A DNA stretch of 62,614 nucleotides, filler included, from Candidatus Babelota bacterium (GTDB lineage Bacteria; JAGOBX01): the NCBI GenBank assembly GCA_017999075.1. It is 5 parts of 5 records of this genome, joined end to end, with 100 filler letters (N's around TTAATTAATTAA, not from the genome) between each part and the next. Parts side by side here need not be neighbours in the genome. Positions count along the whole stretch, not along the records: positions 44,740 to 59,374 come from JAGOBX010000035.1; positions 59,475 to 62,614 come from JAGOBX010000486.1; 3 more parts are not named here. The stretch is one strand, 5' to 3'. A program made the translations under genes and the position numbers. This document shows, in pieces, positions 55,321-62,614 of the stretch. The notes under the pieces are model-generated. The model worked only from the letters and a program-made list of their open reading frames with translations, did not search any database and was not told where the DNA came from. Each line of letters opens with the position of its first letter. Position 1 is the stretch's first letter.

Positions 55321-57435
55321 ATGAATAAAAAAATTATAATTTTATCCGTAGTTTTACTGGTTATAATTGGCGGTGCAGGTTTCTTGTATATGGATTCTCT
55401 CATATCTTTATTCACCGGAGATAATAATAAAGAAGCTAATTTAACTCCTCAACAACCTGCGAAAGCTCCTGCCGAACAAATGCAGCCTGTTGGAGTATTT
55501 GAAAAATCTTTTGAAAAAATTTATAATCCATTAATGAAAAGTTTTGGGCTTGAAGGTATAAACTCTGTTGATTCCATCAAATTTTTATTTAAATTTAATA
55601 TAGAATTTAATGAAGAATTTATTAAACAAATGCCTAAACCCTTACAAAAAATCAAAAATGCAGATTTTTCTTTTGGTTTAACTGCAGATAAATCCAATAA
55701 TAATTATGCATTAACAGTTGAATCTGCTATAACTAAAAAAGTTAATATTGCTTTTTTAAATAATACCGGCGTTTTTTGCGTTCCTGATTTAAAAGAAATA
55801 TATACCTTGTCGGTTGAAGATATTTCTAAAATGCTGCCATTTCCAATCCCTTCGTTAAACCTTGAAAATAAAACCACCTCTTCTGAGGCTGACAGCGCAG
55901 AAAAAAAATCAGATGAAACTGAAGATGATGAAACTGAAGATGCAAAAAAAGAAAACGAATCAAAACCGGAATCACAGCCTAAATCAGATCAGCCTGTATC
56001 TGACGACGAGGCTTCAAAAAAAACTGATAAATCCAAAAAATTACTTGACGACATAAAAAATAATTACGACATTTCACGTGAAAAAGGCGACAATAAAAGC
56101 GTTAAAATTATTCTAAAACCTAAAAAAATAATTGAATTTGCACCCGAATCATTGATTTTGTTTGTAAATAAAAAAAGTTTCGCCATAGAAAAAATCGAAG
56201 CTGCTTCAAAAGATGTTATTACTAAAGAACCAAAAAACTCAATTGCTGTCTTGGAATACGACGCTTCAGGTAATATCACTAAATTATCGGTTTCAGAAAC
56301 TCAAAAAAGCGGTGAACCCAAAAAAAGTTCATTGTCTTTAGCTTACAAAGACGGTCTGGTCGAATCTTTACAAATAGAAGCTGAAAACGTCAGTGAACAA
56401 TTAAATCTAACTTATAATGAAGAAAAAAAATTGGAGAGTATTAATTTTGAAAAAGACATTCAGGGCATAGGGAAATTATCCCTGAATATCACTGACATTT
56501 TGATAAATTCCGAATTGGAAGAAAATGATTTTGTTATTGAAGGAACTGAAAAATTCAAAAAGAAATCAAGTGAAGATTTCAATAAGGAAATAAATTCAGG
56601 AAAATTAGCCAAACGGATATGGAAACTGGATGAAAAAGCTCTGAAACAAGCAGGAAACATTATAATGTCTAATTTAATGACTGCATTTATGAGTTCCGCA
56701 AAATTAACAGTTGCCGACGCTTCTGCTGTCCAGGAAAATAAAAAAGAAACAAAAACAGATGTTAAGAATAATAAGTCTGATGATGACGAGGATCTGGACG
56801 AAGATGAAGAAAAACCTGTTTCAAAAACCAAACCTGATTTAGAAGACAAAAAAAAAGCAGTACAAAATAAAAAGGCAGAACCCAAAAAAACAGCTAAAAA
56901 TATCAAAGATGATAGCGAAGATGAAGATTCTGAAGACGGCGAAGTCGAAGAAAAACCTGTAAAAAAAGAGTCTATTAAACCTGCTAAAAAAAACAAGTCC
57001 TCAAAACCTGAAAAAAAATCAAAATTTAGTAAAAATAAAGATAATCAGGACGAAGAATCAGAAGAACAAACTTCAGTTGCCGAAGAAAAAAAAGAAAAAC
57101 CTGTTAGCCATCCTAAACGCGAACCTGTTGCTGATGAACCTGATGTTTCAGGACGAGAATATAGCGCGCAATATCTTGAAATTGTAAAATTATATAATTC
57201 GGGAAAAACCGATAAGATACAATTACTTCCAAGAATCGAAGAAATTTTAAAAGCAGAACCGACTAACGCAGAAGCACTGTATCTTGCTGCCATTATTAAT
57301 TTTCAAAACATAAAAAATAATGATGAAGCGCTCAGATACTTTGATTTAGTATTAAAACACGCAAATTTAAATAATAAAATTGACCGTCAAATTTATTATT
57401 GGTCACGAATGCTGAAAAAACAAATAATAAAATAA
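55321..57435 (+). CDS. Membrane-anchored hypothetical protein with D/E/K-rich low-complexity linkers and C-terminal TPR-like domain
   Basis: N-terminal TM, beta-rich middle, two charged disordered tracts, 'EPTNAEALYLAA...DEALRYF'. Confidence 0.7.
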   Translation: MNKKIIILSVVLLVIIGGAGFLYMDSLISLFTGDNNKEANLTPQQPAKAPAEQMQPVGVFEKSFEKIYNPLMKSFGLEGINSVDSIKFLFKFNIEFNEEFIKQMPKPLQKIKNADFSFGLTADKSNNNYALTVESAITKKVNIAFLNNTGVFCVPDLKEIYTLSVEDISKMLPFPIPSLNLENKTTSSEADSAEKKSDETEDDETEDAKKENESKPESQPKSDQPVSDDEASKKTDKSKKLLDDIKNNYDISREKGDNKSVKIILKPKKIIEFAPESLILFVNKKSFAIEKIEAASKDVITKEPKNSIAVLEYDASGNITKLSVSETQKSGEPKKSSLSLAYKDGLVESLQIEAENVSEQLNLTYNEEKKLESINFEKDIQGIGKLSLNITDILINSELEENDFVIEGTEKFKKKSSEDFNKEINSGKLAKRIWKLDEKALKQAGNIIMSNLMTAFMSSAKLTVADASAVQENKKETKTDVKNNKSDDDEDLDEDEEKPVSKTKPDLEDKKKAVQNKKAEPKKTAKNIKDDSEDEDSEDGEVEEKPVKKESIKPAKKNKSSKPEKKSKFSKNKDNQDEESEEQTSVAEEKKEKPVSHPKREPVADEPDVSGREYSAQYLEIVKLYNSGKTDKIQLLPRIEEILKAEPTNAEALYLAAIINFQNIKNNDEALRYFDLVLKHANLNNKIDRQIYYWSRMLKKQIIK

Positions 57436-57440
57436 TAACA

Positions 57441-57857
57441 ATGACGCAAAGTTTTGTCGAAAAGAGAAAACACAAAAGATATGATTTGCATGTTAAATTA
57501 TATCTCAAGTCTGTTAATTGTTCATTTAATGATTTTTGGGCAGAAACAATAAATTTAAGCGAAAGCGGCGCTTTTATAAAAACTCCTGAAGATATAGAAT
57601 TATTTGAAAGGTTTCAAGGTATTTTAGAAATTCCGGAAGACATTAAATATCCTGAAACATTTAATAAAATCAACTTTGAAGGAATTTTTATAAGAAAAGA
57701 AATACGTCTTGCCCAGCAAATCAAGGAATATTATGCCGGGATTTATTTTGAACATATTCAAAAAGAAAAGATTTTAGAGATAAAAAAGTTCATAAATAAA
57801 TTTGGAGAAAAAAATTTATTTTATAAAATCCGGGATTTTTTTATTAAGTCTGTATAA
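57441..57857 (+). CDS. PilZ domain protein (c-di-GMP receptor)
   Basis: RxxxR 'EKRKHKRY' and (D/N)xSxxG 'NLSESGAF', 'AGIYF'; start at ATG 57441. Confidence 0.85.
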   Translation: MTQSFVEKRKHKRYDLHVKLYLKSVNCSFNDFWAETINLSESGAFIKTPEDIELFERFQGILEIPEDIKYPETFNKINFEGIFIRKEIRLAQQIKEYYAGIYFEHIQKEKILEIKKFINKFGEKNLFYKIRDFFIKSV

Positions 57858-57865
57858 TAACAAAT

Positions 57866-58156
57866 ATGAGATATTGTATATTATTGAGATATAATTCATT
57901 ATATTCTGAAGTTATGGATAATTTTTTGTCAGAAACTAAAATTTCAGATTATATATTTACTAACAATATAGATTTTGTTAATTACGACGAAAGAATAAAT
58001 AAAATCCGCCCGCAAAAAAGTATCGGTCTGATAATAACGTTAAATGATAATGAATTAATAAAATTCGAAAAATTATTTAACGAATTAATATCTGCCAACA
58101 ATGATTTAAAAAACAAAATAAAATATTTTGTATCTCCAATTTATAAAGAAGGGTAA
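57866..58156 (+). CDS. Small hypothetical protein, possibly PII-like fold
   Basis: 96 aa, closely spaced with both neighbours; C-terminal 'IKYFVSPI'. Confidence 0.55.
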   Translation: MRYCILLRYNSLYSEVMDNFLSETKISDYIFTNNIDFVNYDERINKIRPQKSIGLIITLNDNELIKFEKLFNELISANNDLKNKIKYFVSPIYKEG

Positions 58157-58159
58157 ATA

Positions 58160-59374
58160 TTGACTTTCAAACAGTTTTTCATCAGTATTTTTTTTATAAA
58201 ATCTATAGTTCATCTTTGTTTAAACGCAATAAACATAAATTATCTAAAAAAAAAATCCGGAATCATTCCTCCTGAAATTGAAGGTTCGGTAAATCAAGAA
58301 ATCTCAACAAAATCAACGGAATACAATCTTGAAAAAATGAAATTCAATTTTTTAACAGATTTAATTGATATAACTCTAACATCATTTTTTTTATTTACGC
58401 CATTGTTCGGGTATTATACAGATTATATTGATCTTATTAAAACTAATCACATTGTAAAAGGATTAATTTTTTTCAACATTCTGACAATAGTTAACTTTAT
58501 CTTTAATTTACCATTCTCTTATTACTCAAATTTTTTTATAGAATCAAAATACGGGTTTAATAAATATAATATAAAAACATGGATGATAGATAATATTAAG
58601 TCAATTATTATGCAATCTTTAATTATATCAGTTTTATTAATATTGATTTTATACATGGCAGGAGAATCAGTCAATGTATTTAAATGGTCCTGGGTATTTA
58701 CAGGATGGGCTGTCATATCTTTTGTATTAATATTATTCACTTTTTTGGTTCCTGTGATAATTCTTCCTTTCTTTTATAAATTAAAACCTCTGAAATCCAT
58801 TCAACTTACAGAAAAAATCGATGAACTGCTTTTAAAATTAAATTTTAAAATTAAAGGTATATACTCGGTTGACGCAAGCATAAGATCAACTCATGCAAAT
58901 GCAGGTTTTGCAGGATTCGGAAAAAGTAAAAAAATAATTATTTTTGACACAATATTGGATGGCAAGTATTCAGACGAAGAAATTATGGCGGTTTTAGCTC
59001 ATGAAATAGGCCATGCAAAAAAAAAACACATACAGATACAAATGATTTTATCAATAATAACATTATTTTTTTTCATAACTTTCATATTATACCTTTTATC
59101 TTATGATTCAGCATACAGTTCAATGGGAATTAAAAAAAATTTTTATGCCGGAATTTTATTTGCCGGTTTTTTTTTCGAATCTGTTTTTTATTTTATCCAA
59201 CCGCTTGCAAATTTAATTTCTCAAAAATTTGAATATGACGCAGACAGCTATTCAAAAAAATCTTTAGGAACTTCTTTCCCTTTGATTTCATCGTTCAAAA
59301 AATTTGTTGTGAATGATTATGCCAATATAAATCCTCATCCATTATATGAAAAATTTTATTATAGCCACCCGTCT
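58160..59374 (+). CDS. M48 family (Ste24-like) membrane zinc protease, 3' end cut by the contig edge
   Basis: 'LPFSYY..F.IESKYGFN', 'DASIRSTHANAGFAG', 'AVLAHEIGH', 'EYDAD', 'YSHP'. Confidence 0.92.
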
Positions 59375-59474
59375 NNNNNNNNNNNNNNNNNNNNNNNNNN
59401 NNNNNNNNNNNNNNNNNNTTAATTAATTAANNNNNNNNNNNNNNNNNNNNNNNNNNNNNNNNNNNNNNNNNNNN
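59375..59474. other. Artificial contig spacer
   Basis: N44-TTAATTAATTAA-N44. Confidence 0.98.
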
Positions 59475-59554
59475 TTGTCTCCTATCTCAAATATATATTA
59501 TTTATTTCAATATTTAAAATAAACTTATAAATAAAAAAACTCTATAAATTAATA

Positions 59555-60862
59555 TCAATCTTTCAGTAACGAATATTTAAATTCAGCTTCACAAACTAAT
59601 TTTCCTTCAACATAAGCTTTACCTTTAACTACTCCACGCCTTGTGCCTGTTTTTAATGTGTCTACTTCCATTATCAGTTGATCTCCCGGAACTACCGGAT
59701 AACGCCATTTAACATTATCCAATCCCATAAAATAAGGCAGCTTGCCAAGGTTAGATGATTTTCTTAAAAGCATTACTCCGCCAAGTTGTGCCATAGCTTC
59801 AATAATCAATACACCTGGCATTACAGGAGAACCTGGCCAGTGCCCTACAAAAAATTGCTCGTTTATTGTTACATTTTTCAATCCTACTATTCTTTTTTCT
59901 CCGTCAACTCCTATAATTCTGTCAACAAGTAAAATCGGATATCTGTGAGGTATTATTTCCATAATCCTTTTTATGTCTAACATATCATCGTTTTCATTAA
60001 TATTAAGAAAACTTTTCATTCCTGAATAAGTCTTATTGTATAGCTGGTAAACCTTATTCACAATATTTACATTTGTCTCATGACCGGTTCTGATTGCAAT
60101 TATATGAGCGCATAATCTTACTCCAAGAAGACTGAAATCTCCAAGCAAATCAAGCATTTTATGCCTCACAAATTCATCTGGATATCTTAATCCGTCCTCA
60201 TTTAATATTTTATTTTCACCTATTACTATTGCATTATCTAAACTGCCGCCTTTTATCAATCCTTTCGATCTCAAATATTCAACCTCACGTTCAAATCCGA
60301 ATGTTCTTGCATTTGATAATTCTTCAATAAATGTTGTTTCATTTATCGGCAAGGTTAAATACTGCGCCCCTAGCATTTTATGTTTAAAATCTATTGTGCA
60401 TGAAATTTTTAACGAAACCGATGGCAAAAGTATAAGTAATGTTTCGTCTTTTGTTATAGAAATAGGTTCTTTAATCCTGAATACATTCCTTGGTTTAAAC
60501 TGATTTTTTTTACCTGCCTTTTTGAGTTCTTCCACTATAAGTCTGCTGCTTCCGTCAAGTATCGGAACTTCAGGCCCGTCAATTTCTATCATAACATTAT
60601 CTATTTCTAATCCGGTTAAAGCTGAAAGCAAATGTTCTACCGTATGAATCCTAACGTCGTCTTTCCCTAAAATGACTTCACGCTCAACATCTACTACATT
60701 AGTTACTATAGCTTCTACGCAAGGCTGTTCTGCTAAATCAGTTCTTATGAATTTTCTTCCATAATCCGGAGGCGCGGGTTTTAATGTGACTTTGGCTGTT
60801 TTTCCTGTGTGTAAACCAATTCCTTCCAGTTTCACTTCATTTTCAAGCGTATATTGTTCCAT
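59555..60862 (-). CDS. lpxC-fabZ: Bifunctional LpxC/FabZ
   Basis: 'GIGLHTG', 'TVEHLLSAL', 'ARTFGF', 'RHKMLDLLGD', then 'IPHRYPILLVD', 'FVGHWPG..MPGVLIIEAMAQ'. Confidence 0.95.
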   Translation of the reverse strand: MEQYTLENEVKLEGIGLHTGKTAKVTLKPAPPDYGRKFIRTDLAEQPCVEAIVTNVVDVEREVILGKDDVRIHTVEHLLSALTGLEIDNVMIEIDGPEVPILDGSSRLIVEELKKAGKKNQFKPRNVFRIKEPISITKDETLLILLPSVSLKISCTIDFKHKMLGAQYLTLPINETTFIEELSNARTFGFEREVEYLRSKGLIKGGSLDNAIVIGENKILNEDGLRYPDEFVRHKMLDLLGDFSLLGVRLCAHIIAIRTGHETNVNIVNKVYQLYNKTYSGMKSFLNINENDDMLDIKRIMEIIPHRYPILLVDRIIGVDGEKRIVGLKNVTINEQFFVGHWPGSPVMPGVLIIEAMAQLGGVMLLRKSSNLGKLPYFMGLDNVKWRYPVVPGDQLIMEVDTLKTGTRRGVVKGKAYVEGKLVCEAEFKYSLLKD

Positions 60863-60882
60863 ATAATAAATATCTCCAAATT

Positions 60883-61929
60883 TTATTTTTGCCCTTCAAG
60901 TTTTTCAAGGCGGCGCTGCAGTCTTAACAACGCCTGCTGCATAGATTGGATTAATTTTATTGTTTCAGGCATACGCGAATAAGCAGCTATAAGCTTTTTT
61001 TCTTCAGTGTGGGGCTTTGCCGGAAAACCGGATACAATGCTGTTAGGTTTTATGCTTTTAGTAACTCCTGACATTCCTACCACTACAGAATTATCTCCGA
61101 TTGTAATATGATCCCTAACTCCGCAATGACCTGCTATAACACAATTTTTCCCTATTACTGAACTTCCTGCTATTCCTGAATGCGCTATTATCAAAGAATT
61201 ATCACCAACCTGAACATTATGAGCTATGTGAACCTGATTATCTATCTTTACACCGTTTCCTATAAATGTGGAATTTGTAGTAGCTCGGTCTATTGAAGTA
61301 TGAGCTCCTATTTCTACATTGTTTCCTATTTCTACATTACCGGTCTGAGGAACTTTATAATGTCCTTTTGCAGTCAGCGCATATCCGAATCCGTCAGAAC
61401 CTATTACAACATTCCCGTGTATTATTACATTATTCCCTATTTTACAATTATAATATACAGTAACATTAGGATATATTTTTACATTATCTCCTATTTCTGT
61501 ATTTTCTCCTATATATACATTAGGATATATAACGGCATTTTCTCCTATCTTTACATTTTTTTCAATAACTGCATTAGCTCCGATATACGCATTTTTTCCA
61601 ATATTCGCAGTTTCATCTATTACCGCCGCTTTATGTATTCCAATTGGCTTTACAGGTTCAGTCTTAAATAATTCCAAAATTTGCGCAAATGCAAATTTCG
61701 GATTTTTCACTTTTATAAAAGGTTTTCCACATGATTCTGTTTTCATTCCGCATATTATTCCAGCGCATTGTGATTCTTCTGCTTCTTTTAAATGACGGTC
61801 GTTATCTGCATATGTCAACTCTCCTGGTTTAACTGCATCTATACCTTTTATTCCGGAAATTTCTATGTTCCCGTCACCAGTAAGCTGTCCTTCAATCCTT
61901 ATAGCTATTTCAGATAACCTGTATTTCAT
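60883..61929 (-). CDS. lpxD: UDP-3-O-acylglucosamine N-acyltransferase
   Basis: Hexapeptide repeats, 'IGSDGFGY', 'VPQTGNV', 'IDRAT', 'KIDNQVHIAHNV'. Confidence 0.96.
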   Translation of the reverse strand: MKYRLSEIAIRIEGQLTGDGNIEISGIKGIDAVKPGELTYADNDRHLKEAEESQCAGIICGMKTESCGKPFIKVKNPKFAFAQILELFKTEPVKPIGIHKAAVIDETANIGKNAYIGANAVIEKNVKIGENAVIYPNVYIGENTEIGDNVKIYPNVTVYYNCKIGNNVIIHGNVVIGSDGFGYALTAKGHYKVPQTGNVEIGNNVEIGAHTSIDRATTNSTFIGNGVKIDNQVHIAHNVQVGDNSLIIAHSGIAGSSVIGKNCVIAGHCGVRDHITIGDNSVVVGMSGVTKSIKPNSIVSGFPAKPHTEEKKLIAAYSRMPETIKLIQSMQQALLRLQRRLEKLEGQK

Positions 61930-62099
61930 ATATCTCCATTATCCTAATTAAAAACAAATCGGAAAACTAATGTTATGTAACGAAAATAACTTGACAACCA
62001 TAAATTGCAACATTATTGTATTTTAGTCCAAAATTAAAAATAAAAGCGTCAACTTTATTATGATACATAAAACTATTTAAAAAATCAATCTGTTACAGT

Positions 62100-62614
62100 T
62101 TATTTGCTTGTTTTTTTATTTAAACTATTAATTAATTCTGTTTTTGAACGTTCTGTCAAATCCAATGACGGTTCAATATAAATTATGTTTGCTTTATTTA
62201 TTTCATAAATTATCTGGAACCCTTCACGTTTAGCTATTCCCTGTATTGCAGTCATTACTTCTTCCAGTATCTTTCTTTTTAAATCTTCAGGCAGCGTCTC
62301 AGATTCACGTTTCTGAACTTCCCGCTGCATAGCTTCTACCATTTTTTTATATTCATCATATTTTTTTTCAAAATTCATTTTTTTAGCTTTTATAACATCA
62401 TCGCTCGCAAGCGGATTGTTTTCAAGCTCAGCATTAAGTTTTTCAAGTTCTTTCTGTTTTTCTTGAATTTTGTCGCGCTGAGGTTTTACTATTTTCTCAA
62501 TTTCTTTCAGTTTTTCCTTATATACAGGATGTTCGTCTGCCACTTCCTGGGAATCTACATATCCGTATTTAATATCTGCACTGTAACCTGCTGAACTTAC
62601 AAATGCTGCAAGTA
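62100..62614 (-). CDS. skp: OmpH/Skp periplasmic chaperone, 5' end outside the window
   Basis: Frame extends upstream of the track start: 'LAAFVSSAGYSADIKYGYVDSQEV'; coiled coil; 'IAKREGFQII...IIYI...DLT'; upstream of lpxD. Confidence 0.85.
   Translation of the reverse strand, partial: LAAFVSSAGYSADIKYGYVDSQEVADEHPVYKEKLKEIEKIVKPQRDKIQEKQKELEKLNAELENNPLASDDVIKAKKMNFEKKYDEYKKMVEAMQREVQKRESETLPEDLKRKILEEVMTAIQGIAKREGFQIIYEINKANIIYIEPSLDLTERSKTELINSLNKKTSK

Noticed and set aside
56730-57150. Repetitive purine-rich DNA suggesting a tandem repeat or CRISPR array
   Set aside because: It is explained by Asp/Glu/Lys codons. I found no constant repeat with unique spacers anywhere in the window.
14867-59474. 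TTAATTAATTAA recurring four times at about 14.8-kb intervals
   Set aside because: Each copy is flanked by exactly 44 Ns on both sides. It is an artificial six-frame-stop linker, and the spacing reflects similar contig sizes.
2448-61671. Numerous 60-180 aa ORFs antisense or out of frame inside larger genes (e.g. 7275-7742, 50871-51344, 56460-56996, 61300-61671)
   Set aside because: They lie within or largely overlap well-supported genes and have the Ser/Ile/Phe-rich composition typical of shadow frames, with no recognisable motifs.
1-62614. Alternative genetic code or stop-codon recoding
   Set aside because: Conserved genes translate full length under the standard bacterial code, and TGA, TAA and TAG all serve as stops.

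Overview
This is a strongly AT-rich bacterial sequence, not one continuous locus. It is five contigs joined by four identical artificial 100-nt spacers (N44-TTAATTAATTAA-N44). The three complete internal contigs are 14796, 14777 and 14635 nt, which suggests size-sorted contigs of a draft genome or MAG, so gene adjacency across spacers carries no meaning. Gene content suggests a diderm (lpxC-fabZ, lpxD, skp, porins), probably anaerobic (nifJ/PFOR) organism rich in signalling genes (GGDEF, HD-GYP, PilZ, class III cyclase, cNMP-binding, histidine kinases, REC-PP2C, sigma54 activator). Most genes are housekeeping, there is one tRNA-Arg(ACG), and I found no CRISPR array, integrase or transposase. 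The best candidate for an undescribed system is a full-length DnaA paralogue (7109-8467). It has lost its ATP-hydrolysis and DnaA-box-reading residues but keeps Walker A and the arginine finger, and it carries a QLELF sliding-clamp-type motif where Hda has one. It lies downstream of a consensus promoter, the tRNA and a highly structured ~140-nt leader. Other highlights are a lone gated BMC-T microcompartment shell gene overlapping an AmgK-like kinase and glmS, an ATP-grasp/FMN-dehydrogenase fusion, a triple FliG-C repeat protein facing an orphan FliD-like gene, and an uncalled 32-aa lysine-rich protein with its own promoter, RBS and hairpin. All family calls come from motif recognition by eye; no database searches were run.
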